DNA of 64,000 nt, from assembly GCA_964270895.1 (NCBI GenBank), contig OZ185435.1. One strand, given 5' to 3'. A program made the translations under genes and the position numbers. This DNA is from Podarcis filfolensis (taxonomy: Eukaryota). Below, one piece after another: positions 46,901 through 59,000 of the stretch. Under the pieces are notes generated by a model. The model saw nothing but the letters and a program-made list of their open reading frames with translations. It did not search any database and was not told the origin of the DNA. Every line of letters starts with the position of its first letter. Position 1 is the first letter of the stretch.

Positions 46901-49900
46901 TTGCCTCATTATAACAGTACCAACTTATAATACAGTTATTAAAACCAATCGCCTGGCCCCTCCTGCTGACTGCGGGAATAATGCTGGCGTGCTCGCTCTC
47001 TGTTTCCGTGTGTCTGCAGTCTGTGAGCTGTACACTATTTGTTGATTTTGCAGAAGCTTCTATCAGCTGAATAGGGTGGGGTGGGAGGACATTCTTTGAA
47101 TAAACAGTTCTACATGATTCAGATTCAGCACAGCGGATTGCCTGGAGCACCTCAATCGCGATAAGTGCACTTGAGGACAACCAGGGAGTGGCAGAGGTTC
47201 TGTTCCTGAAGTGGTTGCCAGTAGCCTCTTTTCAGAGGTTCTTGGGCACCTTTGGGGGCCACAAGTGACCCCTGAGAGGCAGGTTTTGCTACACCAACCC
47301 CAAGGGCCCATTGAGCCTTGCGGAAACCCTGCCTCCGCTCTGGGTGCTCACCTCGTAAGCCGGTGTCCCAGGCCATGGTCCAGAGCAGCCATCTCCTGCT
47401 GACCCCTTTTCAGATGGGGGAGCTCCTGCAACATCCAGGTGTGTCTGCCATGGATGGGCACCTGTGCCCTGACCAACCCTGGCTCTTCTTGGCCTTTGCT
47501 TCTTGTTGCAGCCACTTCTGTGGACAAAGGGGAGTGTGTTGGAGGGTCAACACTCAGCCTGCTGCACGATAAGACGTTCAACTACACGGGAGACAGCCAA
47601 GCCCAGGAGCTCTGCCTCTACTTGACCAAGGCTGCCAGTGTCCCCTACTTCGAAATCCTGGAGAAATGGATCTACCGAGGCATCATCAATGATCCCTACA
47701 GGTGGGCGGAGGAACCTGTGGTCCTTCTCTTGGCATGTGAGCTGGAGAAACCTCTGTGGTCTGTTTGGGAGTCCAAGCAGGGTGCTGTGTCCTGGGACTG
47801 CCTGGATGAAGAGCCCTGGGGAGCCTCCTGCTCTGCACCTCCCTGCCATGGGCCTAACCGTTTTTTAATTCCACAGTGAATTCATGGTGGAAGAGCATGA
47901 GCTCCAGAAGGAGAAGATCCAAGAAGACTATAATGACAAGTACTGGGACCAGAGGTACACGATTGTCCAGCAGCAGATCCCCTCCTTCCTCCAGAAGATT
48001 GCAGACAAAATTCTCAGCACAGGTGAGGAGCCAACTTCCTGCTTGACAGGAAAGCGGGAGGGGAGGAGGGAGGGTCATGCAGTGGATGGAGAAGCCCCCA
48101 GGCGGGGCAGGGGGGGGAGCGGTTGTGGAGTGCCTGGGAGGTCTGGTTCCCTTTGCAGCTCTTCCCTTCTGCCTCTGGGTGAGTCGTATGGAGGATATCC
48201 TGTGAGATATTTTCTCAAGCTCCAAAAGCCGATCGTTGTATTTATCTGGCTTCTTTCCATTGCCCTTCCGTCAAGGAGAGAGATGACAGATGAAGAAATT
48301 GAGGGGATCCTCATCAAATTTGCAGAGGATACCAAACTGGGAGGGGTAGCTAATGCTGCAGAAGACAGAATCAGGATGCAAAAATACCTTAACGGATTGG
48401 AGAAGTCAGCCCAAACTAACAAAATGAGTTTCAGCAGAGACTAATGTCAGCTTCTGTGCTTAAGTTTCATGCATTGGGAGGATGAGAGGGACAGCAGGGA
48501 AGGGAGAGGAAATGTGCCTATTTGTTTGTGTACAAGGTCTGAACAGTGTTTAGTGAAGAGCTGAGCCCGTCCTCATGTCCCTTTGTCCCTCCCGTCCTGC
48601 AGGGAAGTATTTGAATGTCGTTCGGGAGTGCGGCCGTGATGTCACTTGCCCCCTGGCCAAAGAGGTCATCTACACACTGAAGGAGCGGGAATATGTGGAG
48701 CAGATCGAGAAAGCCTACAACTACGCCAGCAAAGTGCTGCTCGATTTCCTCATGGAGGAAAAAGAACTTGTGGCCCACTTAAGGTTTGCTTCCTTCCAAG
48801 TGGCGTCTCTTGCAGGCTGCTTTTCTTCTCCATGCCAACTGGGACAGTTTTAGGGGCTGCTGATTTGGGAAATGAAGGGGCAAAAGTGTGGAGGAGCTTG
48901 TGCTTTCCCAGCAGGGGGCGGGAAGCAGGCACTTTCATAGACTTGCCCTGAGGCTGCAGGAGGAGCTGGGTGGAGGGGCAGGGGCCATGGGACCCCCACT
49001 CCAAGAGAGAGTCCTCCCATTTCCTGCCTCCCAGCTGAATTGCAAGGGGCTGCTTTATTGCAGATGGCATAAAGATACCTGCAGCACTTCTTATTCCAAA
49101 AGCCAGGTCCGCTTCTTCCTGTTTCTACTGGGCGGGAGGAGGCAGGCAGTGGGTGAGGGGTCCCTCCTGCCTCCTCTGTTCCTGCCGCAGTGAGTTGACT
49201 GGTGGCCCCTTTCTGTGAGCAGGTCCATCAAGCACTACTTCCTCATGGACCAGGGGGACTTCTACGTCCATTTCATGGACCTCACCGAAGAGGAGCTGAA
49301 GAAGCCGGTGGACGACATTGTCCCCACCCGGCTGGAGGCTCTGCTGGAGCTGGCCCTGCGGATGAGCACAGCAAACACAGACCCCTTCAAGGATGACTTG
49401 AAGGTAAAGGATGCCCGGCACAAAGGCAAGGCCTCAGAGCCCCAGAGGTGCTGCCAGTGTCTCCCCATTGAGCCAGGGCAACCCCGCGAGTGGCTTTGGC
49501 TTGTCTAGCAGGGCTCTGGGGGACGTTTGGTGTGGAGCCCTTGCCCACCCAACCAAAGAAAAGACTTTTTGCAGATAAAGTTGCTCAGATTCAGGAAGAG
49601 GTAGACTCCACCATGGAAGCAGGGTCAGGCCAGGAGAGTGCTAGAATCCTGTCTAGTCAAGTTGCATGGAATCAATTCCAATCTGTTACCTCTGAGGATG
49701 TGGACAGGCTGCTTGGACGAGTGAAACCAACCACCTGTCTCCTGGATCCTTGCCCATCCTGGCTGATAAAAGCCAGCCGGGAAGGACTGGGCGATGGGCT
49801 TCGTGGGGTGGTAAATGCTTCTCTCTGAGGGAGTCTTCCTAGACCCGCTGAAAGAGGCGGTTATCAAACCACTTCTTAAAAAACCATCTTTAGACGCGGC

Positions 49901-51307
49901 CACAATGGCCAACTATCACCCAGTCTCAAATCTTCCATTCTTGGGCAAGGTGATTGAGCGGGTAGTTGCTGAACAACTCCAAGCACTCCTGGAGGATGTG
50001 AACCATTTAGATCCCTTTCAGTCGGGATGCAGGCCTCACCATGGGACTGAAACTGCCTTGGTTGTGCTGGTCGATGATCTCTGGCAGGTTAGGGACAAAG
50101 GTGAGAGCTGTTTCCTAGTTCTGCTGGATCTCTCAGCGGCTTTTTGATACCATTAACCATAACACCCTTCTGGACCGTCTAGAGGGGCTGGGAGCTGGGG
50201 GCACTGTCATACAGTGGTTCCGCTCCTTCCTCCTGGGCCGTGTTCAGAAAGTGGGAGGGGGATGAGTTTTCAGACCCCTGGGCTCTCACTTGTGGAGTGC
50301 CTCAGGGTTCCGTCCTCTTCCCCCCCCCCAATGTTTTCAACATCTACATGCAGCCGCTGGGAGAGATCATCAGGGGGTTTGGGCTGAGTGTTCATCAGTA
50401 TGTGGATGATACTCAAGCTCTACCTCTCTTTCAAATCAGAACCAGTGAAAGCGGTGAAGGTCCTGTGTGAGTGTCTGGAGGATGGATGGCGGCCAACAGA
50501 TTGAGGTTGAATCCTGACAAGACAGAAGTACTGTTTTTTGGGGACAAGAGGTGGGCAGGTGTGGAGGACTCCCTGGTCCTGAACAGGGTAATTGTGCCCC
50601 TGAAGGACCAGGTACGCGGCCTGGGAGTCATTTTGGACCTGCAGCTGTCCATGGAGGCACAGGTCAATTCTGTGTCCAGGGCGGCTGTCTACCAGTTCCG
50701 TCTGGTACGCAGGCTGGAATCCTATCTGCTTGCGGACTGTCTTGCCAGAGTGGTGCACGCTCTGGTTATTTCTCGCTTGGACTACTGCAATGCGCTCTAC
50801 GTGGGGCTACCTTTGAAGGTGACCCGGAAACTACAACTATTCCAGAATTCGGCAGCTAGACTGGTGACTGGGGGCGGCCGCCGAGACCACATAACCTGGT
50901 CTTGAAAGACCTACATTGCCTCCCAATACATTTCCAAGCACAATTCAAAGTGTTGGTGCTGACCTTTAAAGCCCTAAATGGCCTTGGTCCAGTATACCTG
51001 GAGGAGCGTCTCCACCCCCATTGTTCTGCCCAGACACTGAGGTCCAGCGCTGTGGGCCTTCTGGTGGTTCCCTCACTGTGAGAAGCCAAGTTACAGGGAA
51101 CCAGGTAGAAGGTCTTCTCGGTAGTGGCACCCACCCTCCCACCAGATGTCAAAGAGAAAAACATCTACCCCACTTTTAGAAGACATATGAAGGCAGCCCT
51201 GTTTAGGGAAGTTTTTAATGTTTGACGGACCAATGTGTTCTAATACTTTGTTGAAAGCCGCCCAGAATGGCTGCGAAAACCCAGCCAGATGGATGGGGTA
51301 TAAATAA

Positions 51308-51362
<55 letters not shown>

Positions 51363-54300
51363 ATTATTATTATTATTATTCCAGGTTTTTTAAGACTACT
51401 ATGGAGTGTTTCTGCTGGTTCAGGGTTTGACTTTGGCCTCACGGACTGTCAGTGAATGAAAATTCAAATATTTGCTATCATTTGTTTGTTGACAGTCTGG
51501 TCACATGCTCTGTTTGGCAGTTTGTGTGTCTGACTGGCCTCCCTCCTCTCCCGGCCCTTTCCCCTCTTTCCAGGTTGACTTGATGCCCCACGATCTCATC
51601 ACACAGCTCCTGAGAGTCCTGGCCATCGAAACCAAGCAGGAGAAGGCCATCATCCACGCAGACCCCACGGAGCTCTCGCTCAGCGGCCTGGAAGCCTTTT
51701 CCTTCGATTACATCGTGAAGTGGCCTCTCTCGCTGATCATCAACAGGTAAGGCAGAGCAGCTCAGCTGATGGTGGCTCATCCTTTCCATCCAGAGGGGGC
51801 AGAGCACAGCCAGCCATTGGCCTGATCCTGATCCTCCTTCCTCCGTGCATGGGCCTCAGTCAATGCATCATAACTCTGGAGGGGAAGGGGGTGCTGGGAA
51901 GGCCTCCTCGGTGCCTCTGGAGGAAAGAGGGCTGGCTGGCCCCTGGCCCTGAGGTAACCTGCCTTGGCCCCTCCGGGCCCCGGCCAAGCAGCAGCTCCTC
52001 CACGCCTCTCCCCGTCTCCTAGGAAGGCCTTGACGCGCTACCAGATGCTCTTCCGGCACATGTTTTATTGCAAACATGTGGAGCGCCAGCTGTGCAACGT
52101 CTGGATCAGCAGCAAGACGGCCAAGCAGTGCTCCCTGCACTCCTCCAAATGGTGAGCTCTCCCAGAGCCAAGCAGGCCCAGTCGCCAGCAGAGTCTCTGA
52201 AGGCGGAGGCCTAGAGCGGAGCCTGGCCCCTGCACATGCGCCATGTGTGCTTAGCCCACTGAGCTGTAGCTGCTTCCTGGACCTTCATGCTTTCTGCAGA
52301 ATGAACACCCTCTTGGATGGATGAGGCCAATGGGAGGGCATTGGGCTGCTGGGTCCCCTGGCAGCAAGAGGGTCTCTCTCTGCAAGTCCTCTGGCCCTGG
52401 GAGCTCCCCCTTCAGATTCTGGAAGGGGGCACTGAGGATTCAGAAGCCGCTCAAGGGGCAAAGACCTTGGTAGTCAGAACTGGTGTGTGTGGGGGGGGGG
52501 TGTCTCTTCTCCTTGCTGCCTTCCTCCCCCCCCCCCCCCGTTGCAGGGCTCCTCCTGCCTGGCACTGGTTTCGGCTCCTTCCTGGGCTTCTGGGCAGCAT
52601 CCTGCAGCCCCACAGGGGCTCTCCTCCCATCTACCCCTCCAGGCTCCTCCCTTTCTCTCGTTCCCAGGTTTGCTGGCGCCTTCACTCTCCGCCAACGGAT
52701 GCTCAACTTTGTGCAGAATATCCAGTACTACATGATGTTCGAAGTGATGGAGCCAACTTGGCACATCCTGGAGAAGAACCTGAAGTCGGTCAGTTTTGGG
52801 CCAGTGGCTCTCAGAGCCTCTGTGGGCCATACCAGGCCCCCGAGTCCTCCTTTCGCCCCCCAAAGGTGGGGCTGGGTGGGGCCTCTGTTCCCAAGGGGCT
52901 TTCTTCTTTTTCCGCTAAAACGGGGTTCATTTGTGAGTTGGAAGGGTGTCAGGCTCTTTTGGGAAAGCAAGGTTCTGGGTGGTAAGGAGCTTTCTGCTGT
53001 GCCAGAGAGCCTGAAGTAGCTGCTCACAGGAGGCCACTGGCCCAGAAACCCCCTTGGCTACATTTTGGCCTCTAGTGCTCCCTTTCCTCCAATGTGACAG
53101 TGAGATGGAGCTCCCTTTGCCACCTGCCTCAGCCCCTGAAAATAAGGCTTTGTCATCGCTAGCTCTGCATGTTGATTGTAGCAGAAGAACAGAGAACTAT
53201 TTCTGGCCATGGCTGTTTCCAATTCCCTCTTTGCTGGGCGTTTCTGATGGGCTGTGTCTCCTCTGGGCAGGCTTCCAATATTGATGATGTCTTGAGCCAC
53301 CACACCAGCTTCCTGGACAACTGCTTGAAGGACTGCATGCTCACCAACCCAGAGCTGCTGAAGATCTTCTCCAAGATGATGTCTGTCTGCGTCATGTTCA
53401 CCAACTGCATGCAGGTGGGCTCCCTCTTGCATCCCTCTGTGCCACGGGGAGCGAGGGGCACCCCGAGTGCGCCAGCATGCTCTGGGCTCATGCCTGCCTT
53501 TGTCCCACCCACCAGAGATTATCGCACAGCATAAAGCTGGACAATGAGCTGGGACGCCTGACGGTGGAGCACGGGACCATGAGGGGGCCCCCCACCGAGC
53601 AGGAGCGCATAGAGGAATCCACCCGGAAGCAGCTGGCAAACAAGGTAGGGCTGCAGGGGAGGGTGGAGGTGCCTCTTCATTTGCAGATCCCAGCCCTTCG
53701 CTCAGGAAAGCACCTCAGGTGTGGGCAGAGCCCTTCTCTCGTGGTGCTGAGCACTATCTGGCTCCTTCCCAAGTCCTTGTGCTCTCCAGGAAATCCTGCC
53801 CCAGGATGAACCATGGCAGCAAGGCCAGGGCCGCTTCCTTGCCTGCCCTCTCTTCTCCCTTGTGAGCCTTAACTCTCTCTCCCCCCCCCCCTCCAACCTC
53901 TGCAGCTGTTAGCAGAGCAGGCCGATACAATGCAAGTCACCTCTGGCTTCGAGGCCACAATCAACAAGTTTGACAGCAATTTCTCAGCCCACCTCCTGGA
54001 CCTGCTGGACAAGCTGAGCATCTACAGCACCAATGACTGCGAGCACAGCATGATCAACATCATTTACAGGTGAGCAAGGAGCAGCATCTCTTGGGCAGCT
54101 GGAGGGAGCCTGGGGCTCGTGTGGAGGCTCTGTCCTCCTCCCAGCATCAGGGCGGCTGTGCAGGGAATGGCGCCTGCTTGGCCATGGCAGGAAGGAGGAG
54201 GTTGGACTCTGCAGACCCTGCTCTTCTGCTCTGGCAGAGGGACTTCCTGGTCACGCTCCTGTGCTGCTTCCACCCTCCTCTCCCTCTCTCTCCGCCCCCA

Positions 54301-54413
54301 GATTGGACTTCAACGGCTTCTACACTGAGCGGCTGGAGCACATGTCTGCTGAGCGGAGCCAGAAGGCCGTGCTGCAGGCGGGGCCCCCCAGGCCTCTGGT
54401 GGCCACCCAGTGA
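43148..54413 (+). CDS. TUBGCP2: Gamma-tubulin complex component 2, 17 coding exons, 906 aa
   Basis: Exons: 43148-43309, 43460-43588, 44032-44223, 44633-44792, 45415-45622, 45966-46165, 47512-47701, 47877-48022, 48603-48783, 49223-49403, 51574-51746, 52023-52151, 52668-52788, 53271-53414, 53516-53644, 53906-54069, 54302-54413 (2721 nt, all phases consistent). MSEFRLHHDVNELL, VKIAEFSRTPEDFL, FPAWVYERPALIGDF, FVEEKSSFEYGQVNHAL, GKYLNVVRECG, YFLMDQGDF, LDFNGFYTERL match GCP2. The first intron needs a GC donor. Confidence 0.97.
46882..47169 (+). mobile_element. LTR-like element in TUBGCP2 intron 6
   Basis: TG...CA ends with 7/8 terminal inverted match (TGCAATTA / TAAGTGCA), a CCAAT and an AATAAA near 47100. 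No TSD found. Confidence 0.4.
48290..48480 (+). mobile_element. CR1 RT fragment in TUBGCP2 intron 8
   Basis: DEEIEGILIKFAEDTKLGGVANAAEDRIRMQKYLNGLEK.AQTNKMSF. Confidence 0.82.
49530..51308 (+). mobile_element. L2 LINE (~1.8 kb, 5'-truncated) in TUBGCP2 intron 10
   Basis: [98 protein letters not shown]; 3' end followed by a (TTA)n tail. Frameshifted. Confidence 0.92.
51309..51380 (+). repeat. (TTA)n microsatellite (L2 tail)
   Basis: Direct reading of the sequence. Confidence 0.97.
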
Positions 54414-55166
54414 CCCCCCTTCCCTCTCCCCGGGGGCTGCACCCAGAACTCCCCACGTAAATTTAGCACTTTTATTGCGTAGGTAGCCTAGAGCTGCAGC
54501 AACACACTCCCGCTGCAGCCGCCGTTGCTTGTCCATAAAGAATTGTGGCGTTTCTGGATGCATCTACTTTTTCAACGCAGCTGAACAATTTGGTGTATTT
54601 TACTTGACATAAAAAGTACCTGTAAGCAGTTCCTGAAGTCCTGTCATGTGACACAGGTGGCGGGAGGGAGGCGTTGAGGCCTATGAGATGGTGATGGAGC
54701 CGAAGGGGGCACAGCAAGGCCCCACCCCATAACCTTGGGGCAGTGGGTGGGTGGATGTTCACCCACACTGCGTCCTACATGCTCTGTTGGGAAAGAGGGT
54801 CCTTTTCATTAGACTGTCTTAGTTGTGGGCTTGCCAAAGAGGACACCCACACCATATATTGAAAGCTCCCTCGTAACACCCCAACACACACACACCCGCA
54901 AGGAGGGAAGCTTCTTGCTTGTTCATACGGCATTGGCAATGTTGCTGCAACCTGCCCTTTTTGGAGCTGAGAAACTTGGCACTTCTGACTCACTCTTCAA
55001 CCCCCCCTCCACTAGCTTTCTGCGGGGGAGCTGGGAGAGAAACTAATCTGCTCTGGTGAAATGCAGTGTGTGTGACATGAAGAGCAGCTTGTTAAAGGCT
55101 AGAAGGCAACCACTGAGGAGATGCAGCACAGATACAGAGGCCACAGGAAAAGATTATGAAAATAAC

Positions 55167-55172
55167 TTTATT
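55167..55172 (-). terminator. Probable ERLIN1 polyadenylation signal
   Basis: AATAAA on the minus strand about 870 nt past the ERLIN1 stop; a second one lies at 54471-54476. Confidence 0.5.
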
Positions 55173-56040
55173 TTCCCTTAATCCAAAGTTCAACATTTTG
55201 CATATATCTCTCTCGCTCTTTTGAAATAGAAGCCATACAAAAAAAGCCAGGAAACACTTCCAGTCAGCAGGTTTACCTTCCACAAATGCATTTTTAAGTT
55301 CTGAAGCAAAGTCTGCCCACCAGTTTAATCCAGTTTACAGTTACAACCCAACAAATGTGTCCCCACTTCTGCACACGCCCTGGCATCACGGTTCATTCAA
55401 CCTGGCCATTGGCCCCCAGAATGAAGCCTTTGGGCATCTCTGCAAGGAGCACCCAGTACCATGCTGTGGGGTGGGCTCCGCGGAGGGGCAATGCCCCACC
55501 CAGGGGACACAGAGAAAGAAGCAATGACAAAGCAGCACAACACACCCACACCCAAGGGAGCTTGCACCCTAAGCCCATCTGCTTAAAAGTACTACCTGGA
55601 GGAAGGTTTTGAGTGAGGAACACTCTCCAAAAGGACAACAGATGCTCCTTCATCACAAGCAAACCCTGCAAGGAGGCTAAAGAGCAGCTTTCCAACAAAA
55701 CCCATGACCATGCAAGCATCAGTGGTAAAATCAGATCCCCACCCCCACCCCCACTTTTGCTGTGTCAAAGTTGTCCTCACAGGAGGTCTGCAGTAGAGTC
55801 TACCCTCCACGGACTTAACGGCTGAGGTCCCCCAGAGCATCCTCCCTCCCCCCCACACCCCTCCTCTGTGGGGCAGGTGCAGCAGCCATAAAACTCCCAT
55901 GAAAGCTGGCCCTTGGGCTGTGGAGGACCACGCAACTTCAAGGACGGTTTGTGCTGCCCTGAATAAGGCAGATCTGAGGCAGCCAGTGAGTTGCAGTTTC
56001 AGACCACGGAGCAGACACGACGGCTGGTGCAGCAGAGGCA

Positions 56041-59000
56041 TCATGTGGCGGCTGCCGTGGCAGAGCTGGCCCCGCCTCCCCCGTGCTGGAGGCGCAGCTT
56101 CCCTGCTTTGGAGAGGAGACGGCTGTCTCTAGCAGTCCTCGCCTCTGCCGGCTCAAAGGCGTAAGAGCCCAGAAAGAGGTTCGGGGGGAGGCTGCTGCCA
56201 AAGTAGAGCTTGCTGTTGGAGGCCACGGCCTGGTACCTCATCAGCTCCAGGAAGGCAGGTGTCAGTTTCAGCTGCACAGGGCAGGGGGAGAGAGGAGGAG
56301 AACGAATGAGGCAAGGATTTCTGTGCCATGAGCATCCACGGGATACTCACAGTGCAGCCATCCTTCCAAATGAGCAGGAGTTCTGCGTTTCTGAGGCAAA
56401 ATCCTTGTCCTTCTCCCCAGCACACACACGGGCAGCCAAGAGTCAACACCCACCTTGTTCGAGGCAGCTGCTTTCTGGGCCATGTAGAAGTTGGCGTCAG
56501 CCTTCGCCTTCTCTCGCGCCAAGAAAGCCGTGTCTGGGAAGGGACCAAGGAAGGCAGCTCAGGAGAAAGGAGGATCACCAGGGTGCCCCATGGGGATATG
56601 GCCCTGGAAACCCACAGGAAAGCAACATCCCACTCAAGCACAGGCTGGTTTCTCACTGGTTCCACCCATGATGAAGATAATAAACAGCCCCAGCCCCACG
56701 GTCCAGAGGATTCACCAGAGCAGAAAGCAGCCCCTTTTCTGCCTGCCTCCTCCCTGCCCACCTTGGCTTTGGGGACCTGGATTATGCTTTGCACACAAGG
56801 CTTTGGGGACGACACCCACACCCACACACACCCCTTCTCACTCTCCATGAGGCACATGGCTTGTGCAGGCTCTGCAGATCTGTTTTTCAGGCTCAAGGAA
56901 TCTGAGCCAGTGAACACAAGTGAATCTGAAGCAAAGGAGCCCCTGTCTTGGGCCACCCCCAGTGGCATCCACAAGGCATCAATGCTCAACTATGGCCAGA
57001 CACCCAGGCTGTACCCGGACTTGGCTTTTCAGTCCCCAGAAGACAGGCAAAGTCCCAGTGCTCTGCTTGACTGCAGGCAAAATGCTTGTGGGTAGCACAG
57101 CCAGAGACGCGGGGTTATTTGGCTCACAGCTTCTGCTTGGCAGGCAGGGAGGAGGTAGAGGTAAGGGCTGCATAGCTACCTTCAAGCTCAGAAATTTGCT
57201 TCTCCATCAAAGTCTCCATGACCCTCTGCTGGCAATGAATCTTTGCCACCTGAGCCGCCTTCTCTGCTTCTGTGAGGAGAGAGCAGTCAGTCAAACACCA
57301 GCAGCACCAGCAGCCAAGGGCACCAAGGCTCCAGAGCCCCACAGCCAGCGCTCCAGGACTCCCGAGAGGAAATCCGTGGCAACAGAGCTCTAGCAGCAGG
57401 CAACCAAGAGCCCCAAAGGGCCCGCAGACCTGGCTTGCGACACACCGTCACTGGGACCTCACAGGCCACGCCCTCTTCTCAGGGCTGCTGGGCCTGGGGA
57501 AAGAAGACACGCTGGCCTCTGCCAGAAGTGAAGTCGTGGCTCTCCAGTCTCTTGCTCCAGGCTGTCTTTGCAACCAGGCGCTAGCAACTGTTTGCCATGT
57601 CAAGCAATAAGCCACACAGCTGCCACAGGATTCTCGTTCCGCATTTGCCAGAAACTGATCTTTTATTGCAGCAGCCTCCACACTTCAGAACTCCCTGTCT
57701 ATTGACACCAGGCAGGTGCCTTCATCACTGTGGCCTTTTTGGCGCCTGCTAAGAATATTTTGTTTAAGACAAGCCTGCCCAAAAATGTAAGATGTTTTAT
57801 CCATCTTTAGCTTGCTGCTTGTTTCAATTCTTATCTAATTATTTTAAATAGCTGTTTTTAACTGCTTTAACTGCTTTATTCATTTTATGCATTTCATAAA
57901 CCACTTTAGGGTTTTTTAACAATCACATGGTATATAAATTGTATGAAACAAATATGGCACTGTGGAGTTCCGTTTTTCATGAGGTTTGCAATGCATTTTC
58001 CTGAAATGCTTTTTGGATGTGTCTAGATCCAGCCAGAAGCCTAGAATCTAAGGTCTTTGTGCCACACATGCCTCTCCCCCCATTTTCTGTCCGAAAGGGA
58101 AGATAAGGGACCGGGGGTGGGGGGAAGAGAGAGACTCTCCCAAAGAGAGTCTGGTTACCTATGACGGCCCTTTTCCTCTCCGTCTCGGCCTCCTTCTCCA
58201 CCACTCTCTGCTTCTGGGTCGCTATCAGGAGCTTCGTCTTCTCTGCTTCCCTGAATGGAAAAACAGGAAAGGTCCTTCCCTGCTCCTCCTTGGTGTGGGG
58301 CCCCAGCCGCCCTCCCCCCCTGCCCTGGGAAGGAAGGGGCCCTGGGAGGGGGTGGCTGCCCCCCCCCTCTGCTGTTTGCATCCCAAGGTGCTGCGCAAAG
58401 CAGGAGCTTGGCCTTTAAATCCCCTCCAGCTTTTGCCCTGCTCCGGACTCACGTGTTTCCTTTTCCAGCACTGGATCTTGGCCCTTCCCTTCACTAGACA
58501 GAATGTTTTCTCATTAGATACATGGCGTGTTTGGGGGGGAAATCCAAAAGATAAACATTTGCACTTCAGATTGTCACCGGCCCTGAAGAGTTAATGAGCT
58601 GCCCAAGATGTTTTTCCTTCAGCCTTCCAGCCACATCTCTCAGCCTGCTCTGCCCAATACCTCCAGGCACCACCGGTGGTCTCCAACTCCTGCCATCTTC
58701 TGCTAGTTTACAGCAGTCCAACTGATGGCCAGCTACTTCTCCATATGCCAGAATCTAAGCCCCAACCCCCCTGAACAACCATCTCTCTCTTCACATGCCC
58801 GCCCCTCCACCATAGAAGGGCCAGACCTGAGCAATCTCAGGCATGGCCCAGAGCAATCCAGCAACAGCCTTGGTTGCTCCTTTCCTCTTTGCAGGGGCCT
58901 GGCAAGCAGAGACACTCCGCTCTGATTCTCCTGGCAACTGGAGGGCAGCCCAGGCCTGAAAGCCCTGAGAAGGAGATGTCAAGCAAAGCCGCCTGAGAGG

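Noticed and set aside
53645-53905. Apparent extra intron in TUBGCP2
   Set aside because: Seventeen coding exons fit the human 18-exon model (one non-coding) as recalled, so it is probably conserved.
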